Shown one piece after another: positions 19,334-27,552 of a stretch of 64,000 nucleotides of DNA. Made by a program: the position numbers and the translations under genes. The DNA comes from Deltaproteobacteria bacterium (GTDB lineage: Bacteria > Desulfobacterota > Syntrophia > Syntrophales > UBA8958), in NCBI GenBank assembly GCA_029553375.1, contig JAKPCH010000069.1, forward strand, positions 2,972 through 66,971, in the 5' to 3' direction. Every line of letters begins with the position of its first letter. Position 1 is the first letter of the stretch. The notes beneath the pieces are model-generated. The model saw nothing but the letters and a program-made list of their open reading frames with translations. It was not told the origin of the DNA and made no database searches.

Positions 19334-19359
19334 GTTTTCCTTGCATAGAAAAGGAAAAC
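19334..19359. repeat. 9-bp perfect inverted repeat in the comEC / acyl-CoA-ligase divergent region
   Basis: GTTTTCCTT (19334-19342), an 8-nt spacer and AAGGAAAAC (19351-19359). It is AT-rich relative to its surroundings and lies about 75 nt upstream of the ligase start. Confidence 0.5.
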
Positions 19360-19434
19360 GGGTAATAAGTCAAGCTCCCTGGACCCAGGGGCCTTGCGGT
19401 TCCCACAATACCCATGAAAGGGGAGGACGAGGAG

Positions 19435-21153
19435 ATGTACGAGAAGAAGCCGTGGCTGAAATTCTATGGCGATATTCCCGAGACGATCGACTATCCCCGG
19501 GTGACGATGTACGAGGCCCTGATGAGGACCGTCGCCCGGCGACCCGACGCGGTGGCCTATGACTTCATGGGTTACGAGGCCACTTACGCCCAGTTCGCCC
19601 GGCAGATCGATCAATGCGCCGCCGCCCTGGCCTCCCTCGGCATGAAAAAGGGGGATCGCATCACCATCTCCATGCCGACCTCACCCCAGGGGATCATCTG
19701 CTTCTACGCCGCCAACAAGCTCGGCGCCGTGTCGAGCATGATCCATCCCCTCTCCACGCCCAAGGAGATCGCCTTCTACCTCAACTTGAGCAAGAGCCGC
19801 TTCGCCCTCACCCTCGACGCCTTTTACGGAAAATTCCGCGAGGCCCGGGAGGGCACGCCCCTTGAAACCCTCATCCTGGCGCGCATCGGTGATTATCTCC
19901 CCTTTGTCAAGAGGATCGCCTTCAACCTGACAAAAGGCCGCAAGATACCCCCCGTCCCTGTCGATCCCATGGTCCGCCTGTGGCACGACCTCATGTCCCG
20001 CTCCCATAACCCGGTCCAGGCCGCCCCCATGGACGTCGACGAAATGGCGGTGATCCTCTACAGCGGGGGCACCACGGGGACGCCCAAGGGGATCATGCTG
20101 TCGAACTACAACTTCATCAGCGAGGGCATGCAGGTATCGGCCTTCGGCAACCTGACGGAAAACGCCTCCATCCTGGCCATCCTCCCCATCTTTCACGGTT
20201 TCGGCTTGGGGGTGTGCATAAACGCCGCCTTCATGGGGGGCGGCAAGAGCATCCTCGTCCCCCAGTTCACCCCGGAGATCGTGGCGAAACTCATCAGGAA
20301 AAAGAGACCGACCTTTGTGGTCGGGGTGCCCACCCTCTTCGAGGCCCTCTGCAGAAACGAGGATTTCCGGAAGGCGGACCTGAGCTGCCTGAAGGGTACC
20401 TTCAGCGGCGCGGACACGCTGCCGCGATCGGTGAAGGAACGATTCGAGGAGATCGTGGCCCGCCGGGGAGGGAACGTCAAGCTCTTGGAGGGTTACGGTC
20501 TCACGGAAGCGGTGACGGCCATCATGGCGACGCCCCTCCATGAGTACCGCGAGGGCAGTATCGGCATCCCCTTCCCCGACATGATGGCGAAGGTCGTCAC
20601 TATCGGTACGACCCAGGAGGCGCCCGTGGGGGAGGAGGGGGAACTCTGCGTCAGCGGGCCGGCGGTGATGCTGGGATACCTCGACCAGCCCGAGGAGACG
20701 GCCCAGACCCTCAGAACCCATGAGGACGGCCGTCTCTGGCTCCACACGGGGGATGTGGCCTCCATGGACGAGGACGGTTTCTTTTATTTCAAGCTGAGAT
20801 TGAAAAGGATGATCAAGTCCTCGGGGATGAACGTCTATCCCGCCCAGGTGGAGGAGGTCCTGTACCGCCATCCCGATGTCCTTAAGGCCTGTGTCATCGG
20901 CGTCCCCGACGAGGCCCAAGTCCAGCGGGTCAAGGCCTTCGTCGTCTTGAAGGACCCGGCGAAGGCCTCGCCGGAGATGGAGCGGGAGCTCATCGAATAC
21001 TGCCGCGGGCACCTCATCAAGTGGAGCTGTCCGCGGGAGGTGGAGTTCCGTGAAAGCCTGCCTTTGACCTTGGTGGGCAAGGTGGCGTTCAACGTCTTGG
21101 AGCAGGAGGAGATCGCCCGGCTCCGAGCCGAGGGCAAATACACGGGAGAATGA
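19435..21153 (+). CDS. AMP-forming acyl-CoA synthetase/ligase
   Basis: The ORF starts at 19414, but the second ATG at 19435 has GGGGAGGA 8 nt upstream. Motifs: LYSGGTTGTPKG (AMP-binding), GYGLTE, TGDVASMDEDGFF. Confidence 0.85.
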   Translation: MYEKKPWLKFYGDIPETIDYPRVTMYEALMRTVARRPDAVAYDFMGYEATYAQFARQIDQCAAALASLGMKKGDRITISMPTSPQGIICFYAANKLGAVSSMIHPLSTPKEIAFYLNLSKSRFALTLDAFYGKFREAREGTPLETLILARIGDYLPFVKRIAFNLTKGRKIPPVPVDPMVRLWHDLMSRSHNPVQAAPMDVDEMAVILYSGGTTGTPKGIMLSNYNFISEGMQVSAFGNLTENASILAILPIFHGFGLGVCINAAFMGGGKSILVPQFTPEIVAKLIRKKRPTFVVGVPTLFEALCRNEDFRKADLSCLKGTFSGADTLPRSVKERFEEIVARRGGNVKLLEGYGLTEAVTAIMATPLHEYREGSIGIPFPDMMAKVVTIGTTQEAPVGEEGELCVSGPAVMLGYLDQPEETAQTLRTHEDGRLWLHTGDVASMDEDGFFYFKLRLKRMIKSSGMNVYPAQVEEVLYRHPDVLKACVIGVPDEAQVQRVKAFVVLKDPAKASPEMERELIEYCRGHLIKWSCPREVEFRESLPLTLVGKVAFNVLEQEEIARLRAEGKYTGE

Positions 21154-21156
21154 AGG

Positions 21157-22275
21157 ATGAAGTTTGACAGGCTCAAGGAGATCGTCGAAGACCCCTGGGG
21201 CACCCTGGGGGAAATGAAGGAGAGGGGCAAAAAGGTCGTCGGTTACGCCTGCTCCTATGTCCCCGAGGAACTGATCATCGCGGCGGGGGCCCATCCCGCG
21301 CGCCTCACGGGGACGAGGGAAGGCATACGTCTCGCCGACGGTCATCTCCAATCCTACTGCTGTTCCCTCGTGAGGGGGATACTGGAGGACGGCCTTTCGG
21401 GCCGCGGCGCCGTTCTCGACGGAGTCGTCTTTCCCCACACCTGCGATTCGATCCAGCGTCTCTCCGATATCTGGCGGCTCAACGTGAAGGGGGGGTTTCA
21501 CCTGGATCTCGTCCTGCCCGTGAAACTCGACACCGACAGCGCCCGGGATTACCTCGTGGATGTCCTGAAGAGGTTTCTCTCGGACCTGGAGAGGGCCCTC
21601 GGCGTCGAGGTGTCGGAGGCGGATTTGAGGGCCTCGTGCCTCTTGACGAACGAGATCCGCCGTCTCTTGCACGAACTGTATATGATCCGGTGGAGACGTC
21701 CGGAGCTCCTTGCGGGCGCCGATCTCCATTTGCTGAACCGGGCCGTCGGGATCGCCGACCGAAACCTGATCGTCGAGACCTTGAGGGAGGCCGTGGCTGA
21801 CCTCGGCGCTGACGGCGCCCGGGAGACGACCAAAGGGAACAAGAACATCCTCCTGGCCGGGGGGATGTGCAGCACCCCCGACATATTCAACCTCGTCGCG
21901 GAAGCGGGCGGCAGGGTCGTCTGGGACGACTTCTGTAACGGCGGGCGGATGTTCCTGGAACCCCTGCGCCTCGACGGTGATCCCATTGCGGCCGTCGCGG
22001 ACCGCTTTCTGAGCCGCGTCGTCTGTCCCTGCAAGCACCGCGGTCTCACCGACCGGGCGAACCACCTGAAGGCCTTGGCCACAGAAAGGGGGGCCGGGGC
22101 CGTCGTGTTCGTCCATCTGAAATACTGCGACCCCCACGCCTTCGACTTCCCCTATCTCAAGGCCGAACTGGAGAAGACGGGCATCCCGTCCCTGCTTCTG
22201 GAGGTTGAGGACCCCCTGCCCCCGGGGGCGCAGATCAGGACGCGCCTCGAGGCCTTTTTGGAGATGCTGGATTGA
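21157..22275 (+). CDS. 2-hydroxyacyl-CoA dehydratase family, beta (HgdB/BcrB-BadE-like) subunit
   Basis: 372 aa with N-terminus KKVVGYACSYVPEELIIAAG, typical of the HgdB/FldC/LcdB family. Conserved Cys residues are present (HTCDS, VVCPCKH). It begins 3 nt after the ligase stop. Confidence 0.8.
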   Translation: MKFDRLKEIVEDPWGTLGEMKERGKKVVGYACSYVPEELIIAAGAHPARLTGTREGIRLADGHLQSYCCSLVRGILEDGLSGRGAVLDGVVFPHTCDSIQRLSDIWRLNVKGGFHLDLVLPVKLDTDSARDYLVDVLKRFLSDLERALGVEVSEADLRASCLLTNEIRRLLHELYMIRWRRPELLAGADLHLLNRAVGIADRNLIVETLREAVADLGADGARETTKGNKNILLAGGMCSTPDIFNLVAEAGGRVVWDDFCNGGRMFLEPLRLDGDPIAAVADRFLSRVVCPCKHRGLTDRANHLKALATERGAGAVVFVHLKYCDPHAFDFPYLKAELEKTGIPSLLLEVEDPLPPGAQIRTRLEAFLEMLD

Positions 22276-22285
22276 GGAGAAAAGC

Positions 22286-23524
22286 ATGAACGCTCGTACG
22301 GACGAAAAAGAGAGAAAAAAGATCAAGGCCGTCAAAAAAATGAAGGAGATCATGACCTTCTACTACATAGACGCCAAGACGGCGTCCGAGACGGGTAAGA
22401 AGGTGGCATGGATCACCAGCGGGGGACCGGTGGAACCCCTGATCGCCATGGACGTCATCCCCGTCTATCCCGAAAATCACGGGGCCATGATCGGGGCGGC
22501 CAAGATGGGGGTGGAGCTGTGTGAAAAGGCGGAGGCCATGGGGTACTCAGGAGATCTCTGCTCCTACGCCCGTTCCGATATCGCCTGCGCCACCGTCAAC
22601 GGCGGGCCCATCGGGGGCCTCCCCCGACCGGACATGCTCGTGTGCTGTAACAACATCTGCGGCACCGTCCTCAAGTGGTACGAGATCCAGGCGCGGTATT
22701 TCAACTGCCCCCTCTTCATCCTCGACACCCCTTTCTGTCACACCTCCTTTTCCGCCGAGGCCAAGAGATACGTCAGGCGTCAGATCGATGAATACATCAC
22801 CTTCCTCGAAGATGTTTGCAAGAAACCCTTCGACCGCGATCGTATGGCCGAGGTGGGGCGCCTCTCCATCGAGGGTCAGAGGCTGTGGCAGGCCGTCCTG
22901 GACACGACGATCAACCGGCCGGCCCCGATGACGGCCTTCGACGCCTTCTTCCATCTGGCCCTCATCGTCACCCTCCGGGGGACGCAGCAGGCCGTCGACT
23001 ACTACCGCCTTCTCCTCGACGAGATGAACGAACGGGTAAGGGAAGGCGTCGGGGCCGTCGATGAGGAAAAATACCGCCTCCTCTGGGACAACCTGCCCAT
23101 CTGGTACCGCACGAAATGGCTCTCGGACAAGTTCGCCGCCCACGGGGCCTGTCTGGTGGCCGACACCTACACCTCCGCCTGGTGCAGCTCCCTCAAATAC
23201 ATGAACGAGGACGACTTCTTGGAATCCATGGCCGAGGGTTACACGAGGATCTACCTGAACATCGGCGTGGACGAAATGGCCCGCACGGTTATCGCCATGA
23301 TCGACAAGTACGGCGCCGACGGCCTGGTCATGCATTCCAACCGGAGCTGCAAGCCCTATTCCCTGGGACAGTACGATATCAGAAGCATCGTGGAGAGGGA
23401 GAGGGGCGTCCCGACCCTCATCATCGAGGCCGATATGTGCGACGAGCGCAACTTCGCCGAGGCCCAGATCGAGGGCAGGATCGATGCCTTCATGGAGATG
23501 ATGGCGGCGAAGGGGTCGGCGTGA
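22286..23524 (+). CDS. 2-hydroxyacyl-CoA dehydratase family, alpha (HgdA-like) subunit
   Basis: ORF 22205..23524 trimmed to ATG 22286, with GAGGAG upstream. Motifs: KVAWITSGGPVEPLIAMDVIPVYPENH, DLCSYARSD and CNNICGT, which are HgdA/FldB-like. Confidence 0.8.
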   Translation: MNARTDEKERKKIKAVKKMKEIMTFYYIDAKTASETGKKVAWITSGGPVEPLIAMDVIPVYPENHGAMIGAAKMGVELCEKAEAMGYSGDLCSYARSDIACATVNGGPIGGLPRPDMLVCCNNICGTVLKWYEIQARYFNCPLFILDTPFCHTSFSAEAKRYVRRQIDEYITFLEDVCKKPFDRDRMAEVGRLSIEGQRLWQAVLDTTINRPAPMTAFDAFFHLALIVTLRGTQQAVDYYRLLLDEMNERVREGVGAVDEEKYRLLWDNLPIWYRTKWLSDKFAAHGACLVADTYTSAWCSSLKYMNEDDFLESMAEGYTRIYLNIGVDEMARTVIAMIDKYGADGLVMHSNRSCKPYSLGQYDIRSIVERERGVPTLIIEADMCDERNFAEAQIEGRIDAFMEMMAAKGSA

Positions 23525-24288
23525 TCACGGCGGGCGTCGATATCGGCTCCATCACCGCCAAGGCGGCGGTGCTGAAGGAGGGGGAGGTCCTCGCCGTCAG
23601 CGTCGGCTTCACGGGCTACAATGCCGCCCAGGCCGGAATGAAGGTCCTGGCGGAGGCCTTGGCTGAGGCGGGCGTGGCCATGGAAGGGGTGGACGCCGTC
23701 GCGGCGACGGGCTACGGCCGCCGGAGCCTGCCCGTGGCCGGCACGATTGTCACGGAGATCACGTGCCATGCCGCGGGCGTCCATCTTCTTCACCCCCGGA
23801 TCCGCACCCTCGTGGACATCGGGGGCCAGGACAGCAAGGCCATCCTCATGGGCGACGACGGGAAGGTGAAGAACTTCGTCATGAACGACAAGTGCGCCGC
23901 CGGGACGGGACGCTTCCTTGAGGTCATGGCCCGGGCCCTCGAGGTGGATCTCGACAGCTTCGGCGAATTGTCGCAGCGCGCCGAGAGGGCGGCCCGCATC
24001 AGCAACCTCTGTACCGTCTTCGCCGAATCCGAGGTCATTTCCCTCATCGCCGCCGGCGAGGAGCGGGAGAACATCATCGCCGGGATCCACGAGGCCATAG
24101 GCAGCAGGGTCTTTGCCATGATTAACCGTCTCGGCTACAAAGAGCCGATCATGATGACGGGCGGCGTGGCCAAGAACAAAGGTGTCGTCGCGGCCCTGGA
24201 GAGGCAGTTGGGTTGCCCCATCGAGATCTCGCCCTACGCCCAGTGCATGGGCGCCATCGGGGCCGCCGTCGTCGCCAGGGAAAAGTGA
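23521..24288 (+). CDS. ATPase activator (archerase) of 2-hydroxyacyl-CoA dehydratase, BcrAD/BadFG/HgdC family
   Basis: ORF 23116..24288 trimmed to GTG 23521 (GTGA overlap). It has an ASKHA N-terminus GVDIGSITAKAAV and DIGGQDSK. The bridging-cluster cysteines lie in NDKCAAGTGRFLE and NLCTVFAESEV. Confidence 0.85.
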   Translation: MITAGVDIGSITAKAAVLKEGEVLAVSVGFTGYNAAQAGMKVLAEALAEAGVAMEGVDAVAATGYGRRSLPVAGTIVTEITCHAAGVHLLHPRIRTLVDIGGQDSKAILMGDDGKVKNFVMNDKCAAGTGRFLEVMARALEVDLDSFGELSQRAERAARISNLCTVFAESEVISLIAAGEERENIIAGIHEAIGSRVFAMINRLGYKEPIMMTGGVAKNKGVVAALERQLGCPIEISPYAQCMGAIGAAVVAREK

Positions 24289-25973
24289 CGTCCCTATACA
24301 CGGAAGAGACGACCTACAGGCGATTCCGCGCCATCGCCATCTTCCGCATCGCCATCGCCGGTCTCCTGATGGGGGTAATGGTCTCCCTACATCTCGGAGG
24401 CGGCGCCCGATACCTCGACATCGTCCTGCCCCATTTTTACGCCGTCCTTGTCCTTGGCCTCCTGTTGTCTTTCTTCTTTCTCTATCTCCTGGGACGGACC
24501 GGCGGGACGAGGGTTCACCTTTACCTCCAGGCCCTCAGCGACATCATCCTCATTACCGCCCTCGTGTACGTGACAGGAGGTATCCGCAGCAATTACGCCG
24601 TCTTCTATCCCCTGGTCATCATCTATGCCGTCATCATCCAGGGGCGGGAGGGCGGTGTCCTCGCCGCCTCGGGGGCCGCCATCGCCTACGGCCTCCTCGT
24701 CGATCTGGAATACTACCGCCTCATACCTTCGCCGGGCGTCTATTACTTCATGGACTATCCCTTCAGCGCCCCTTACGTGTTCCTACGCATCAGCGTCCAT
24801 ATCCTCTCTTTCTACCTTATCGCCTTCCTCGCGGCCTTCATCACGGAGCGGGAGACGAAGACGCGGGAGATGCTCAGGGAAAAGGAGTCGGCCTTCAACC
24901 GCCTTGATCGACTCTACCGGAGCATCGTGGAGTCCGTGGAGGCGGGCATCCTGACCATTGATCACCAGGGGAGGATAAAGAGCCTCAACAGGGGAGGGGA
25001 GAACATCACCGGTTTCACGGCCAGGGAAGTGGAAGATATGCCCCTTTCCGCCTTGTTTCCCGACCTCGGCGAGGCCCCGTCGCCCATCGGCCGCACGGGC
25101 CGCAGGGATATCGCTTTCCGAAGCAGGGACGGGGAACGTAAGATCCTCGGTCTCTCCATGTCACCCCTCTTCGACGAAAGGGGAGAGAGGATAGGAACGA
25201 TCGTCATCTTTCAGGACCTGACGAAGGTGAGAAAGATGGAGGAGACCATAGAGAGGAACCGCCGCCTGGCCTTGCTGGGAGAGATGGCCGCCACCCTGGC
25301 CCACGAGCTGAGAAACCCCCTGGCCTCCATCAGCAGCTCCATCCAGCTGTTGAAGAAGGACCTGACCTTGAGCGAGATGGACGCCCGTCTCATGGGCATC
25401 ATCCTCAGGGGGAAGGACCAGATCGAGGGTTTTATAAAAGATTTCCTGCAGCTTAGCCGAATTTCACCCATGCTGAAGGAGAAGGTATTCCCCCGGGAGG
25501 TCCTGGAGGAGGTCATAGAGGCCGTCCGGGCCACGGAGGACTGGCGGGAATCCATCACCTTCGGCCTCGACGTGGAAGACGAAGGGCCATTCTGGCTATC
25601 CCGCTCCGATGTGAGACAGATCCTCTGGAACCTGATCCTGAACGCCGTGCAGGCGATGCCGAGGGGAGGGAGGGTCGGCGTTACCATAGGCCGCGTAAAA
25701 CGGGAAGAGGCGGATGTCCTCTTGATCCGCGTCGCCGATGAGGGCGAAGGGTCGGGAGGCAGGGATCTGGACATGTTCCTGGAACCCTTCTATACTACCA
25801 AAGATGGTGGGACCGGCTTGGGATTGGCGATCGTCAACCGCATCGTGAGCGCCTACGACGGTCGCATGGACCTGGCCGATCTAAGTCCCCGGGGGCTCGC
25901 CGTGACCGTGGAGCTGCCCCTGTCTGCATCCCAGGACGGAAGGACCGATGGCGAAGATACTGGTGGTCGATGA
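24285..25973 (+). CDS. PilS-like polytopic sensor histidine kinase (multi-TM N-terminus, PAS, HisKA, HATPase)
   Basis: ORF 24213..25973 trimmed to GTG 24285 (GTGA overlap with the activator stop). Five to six hydrophobic helices are followed by a PAS domain ([22 protein letters not shown]). The H-box is [12 protein letters not shown], the N-box is LILNAVQAM, and the G-boxes are VADEGEG and GGTGLGLAI. Confidence 0.8.
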   Translation: MTSLYTEETTYRRFRAIAIFRIAIAGLLMGVMVSLHLGGGARYLDIVLPHFYAVLVLGLLLSFFFLYLLGRTGGTRVHLYLQALSDIILITALVYVTGGIRSNYAVFYPLVIIYAVIIQGREGGVLAASGAAIAYGLLVDLEYYRLIPSPGVYYFMDYPFSAPYVFLRISVHILSFYLIAFLAAFITERETKTREMLREKESAFNRLDRLYRSIVESVEAGILTIDHQGRIKSLNRGGENITGFTAREVEDMPLSALFPDLGEAPSPIGRTGRRDIAFRSRDGERKILGLSMSPLFDERGERIGTIVIFQDLTKVRKMEETIERNRRLALLGEMAATLAHELRNPLASISSSIQLLKKDLTLSEMDARLMGIILRGKDQIEGFIKDFLQLSRISPMLKEKVFPREVLEEVIEAVRATEDWRESITFGLDVEDEGPFWLSRSDVRQILWNLILNAVQAMPRGGRVGVTIGRVKREEADVLLIRVADEGEGSGGRDLDMFLEPFYTTKDGGTGLGLAIVNRIVSAYDGRMDLADLSPRGLAVTVELPLSASQDGRTDGEDTGGR

Positions 25974-27309
25974 CGATCAGGGCATGAGGGAGGTCCTCGA
26001 GATCATGCTCGAGCGGGACGGTTACGAGGTCGGCAGCGTCTCCAACCCCGAACGGGCCCTCAGACGCCTGCGGCGGGAGAGGTACGACCTCATCATCACG
26101 GACCTGCGCATGCCGGGAATGGACGGCATCCAGTTTCTGAGGCAGGTCAAGGAACTCGACCCGGACCAGACGGTGATCCTGCTGACGGCCTTCGCCTCTC
26201 CGGATACGGCCCTCGCCGCCATGAAGGAGGGGGCCTACGACTACATAGAAAAGAACTTCGACGTAGAAGAGCTCAAAAACACCATCCGTCAGGCCCTGGA
26301 GAAAAAGGGGATCAAGAGGGAGGAGACCTTCGCCTGGGACGGCGGCGAGGTAGTTCATTTCGGGGGGATGATCAGCAAAAGCAGGAAGATGATCTCCGTC
26401 TTCCAGACGATCATGAAGGTCGCCGAGACGACCACCAACGTCCTGATCCTCGGGGAAAGCGGGACGGGCAAGGAGCTGGTGGCCCGGGCGATCCACGAAA
26501 AGAGCAAGAGAAGCAAGATGCCTTTCGTCGTCATCAACTGCGGCGGCGTCCCCGAGAATCTCCTCGAATCGGAATTTTTCGGTTATACGAAGGGGGCCTT
26601 CACCGGTGCCTTCAACGACCGGGCCGGTCTCTTTGAAATCGCCGATGGTGGTACGATATTCCTGGATGAAATCGGAGAATTATCCCCTTTTCTTCAAGTA
26701 AAGCTTTTAAGGGTTGTCCAGGACAAGACCTTCCGTCGCATCGGGGGGTCGGAGGACATAAAGGTGGATGTGCGGATCATCTCCGCCACCAACCAGGACC
26801 TCCGGAGGAGGGTGCAGGAGGGGACGTTTCGCGAAGATCTATACTTCCGCCTCAACGTCATCCCCATCCATCTGCCCCCCCTGCGGGAGCGTCGGGAAGA
26901 CATCCCCGTTCTGACTTCTTATTTCATCGAGAGGTACTGCCGCGCCTTCGGGAAGGAACCAAAGACCCTCTCGGCTTACACCATGGATCTTTTGATGAGG
27001 TACGACTTCCCGGGAAACGTCAGGGAATTGGAAAACATCGTCGAGAGGGGGGTGGCCTTGGAGGAGACCAACATCATCCTCCCGGAAAACCTCAGCGTGG
27101 CACCCCCGTCAGGGACGATCCTCGACGGCGTCCCCGAGGGAGGCCTCGACCTCAACGCGGAGCTGGCACGCTACGAGCGGGTACTGATCGAGGACGCCCT
27201 GGGAAAAACGGGGGGATCCCGGGCAAAGGCGGCGAAAATGCTCGGCATTTCGGCGGACTCCCTCTACTATCGCATGGAGAAACTCGGTATCACGCAAAAA
27301 ATGTCTTGA
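25948..27309 (+). CDS. Sigma54-dependent response regulator (NtrC/PilR family)
   Basis: Receiver domain ([21 protein letters not shown]), AAA+ Walker A GESGTGKE, the sigma54-contact motif KGAFTGA and a C-terminal Fis-type HTH ([17 protein letters not shown]). It overlaps the kinase 3' end by 26 nt. Confidence 0.9.
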   Translation: MAKILVVDDDQGMREVLEIMLERDGYEVGSVSNPERALRRLRRERYDLIITDLRMPGMDGIQFLRQVKELDPDQTVILLTAFASPDTALAAMKEGAYDYIEKNFDVEELKNTIRQALEKKGIKREETFAWDGGEVVHFGGMISKSRKMISVFQTIMKVAETTTNVLILGESGTGKELVARAIHEKSKRSKMPFVVINCGGVPENLLESEFFGYTKGAFTGAFNDRAGLFEIADGGTIFLDEIGELSPFLQVKLLRVVQDKTFRRIGGSEDIKVDVRIISATNQDLRRRVQEGTFREDLYFRLNVIPIHLPPLRERREDIPVLTSYFIERYCRAFGKEPKTLSAYTMDLLMRYDFPGNVRELENIVERGVALEETNIILPENLSVAPPSGTILDGVPEGGLDLNAELARYERVLIEDALGKTGGSRAKAAKMLGISADSLYYRMEKLGITQKMS

Positions 27310-27332
27310 CTTGCCTTACCGTTTCGTATAGG
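27306..27332 (+). promoter_or_regulatory. Weak sigma70-like promoter candidate for the transporter leader
   Basis: TTGACT (27306-27311), a 15-nt spacer and TATAGG (27327-27332). The spacer is suboptimal and the element overlaps the regulator's stop codon. Confidence 0.3.
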
Positions 27333-27375
27333 GAGACCTACCGTAAGGCAGATCTCTCGAGTTGAGAGGGGAAGG

Positions 27376-27444
27376 ATGATTATCCGTTCGCAAAGGTTTT
27401 ACTTCTTTAGCTTTAGGGGCGGGGTCTGCCTTATGGGCTCGTGA
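27376..27444 (+). CDS. Candidate Phe/Tyr-rich leader peptide (22 codons)
   Basis: ATG 27376 is preceded by GAGAGGGG at 4-nt spacing. Translation gives MIIRSQRFYFFSFRGGVCLMGS plus a stop. Codons 8-13 are TTT TAC TTC TTT AGC TTT. It is too short to appear in the ORF track and I read it manually. Confidence 0.4.
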   Translation: MIIRSQRFYFFSFRGGVCLMGS

Positions 27445-27463
27445 ACCTAACAAGGGGTAACGG

Positions 27464-27501
27464 GCCGTGGGCGGACCCAAAGTCCTCCCACGGCTTTTTT
27501 T
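27464..27501 (+). terminator. Intrinsic terminator 1 in the transporter leader
   Basis: An 8-bp stem pairs GCCGTGGG (27464-27471) with CCCACGGC (27487-27494). An inner GGAC/GTCC pairing is possible. A run of 7 T follows (27495-27501). Confidence 0.6.
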
Positions 27502-27508
27502 ATGTCCA

Positions 27509-27538
27509 GGCCGTGGAGAAGATCCCGGCCTTTTTTTT
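27509..27538 (+). terminator. Intrinsic terminator 2 in the transporter leader
   Basis: GGCCG(T)GG (27509-27516) pairs with CCCGGCC (27524-27530), giving 7 bp with one bulge. A run of 8 T follows (27531-27538), and then AGGAGG begins immediately. Confidence 0.5.
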
Positions 27539-27552
27539 AGGAGGGAGAAAAA

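Noticed and set aside
19379-19398. TGGACC...TTGCGG resembling a -24/-12 promoter upstream of the ligase operon
   Set aside because: The GG-to-GC spacing is 3 nt too long for an RpoN promoter.
19681-22353. 890-aa minus-strand ORF opposite the acyl-CoA ligase and dehydratase genes
   Set aside because: Same reasoning as above. The plus-strand genes carry canonical AMP-binding and HgdB-type motifs, and the antisense product has no recognisable motif.
27415-27430. Sigma54-like GG-N10-GC match (AGGGGCGGGGTCTGCC) in the transporter leader
   Set aside because: Only the bare GG and GC dinucleotides and their spacing match. The flanking consensus (TGGCAC, TTGCW) is poor, and the site lies inside the candidate leader ORF.
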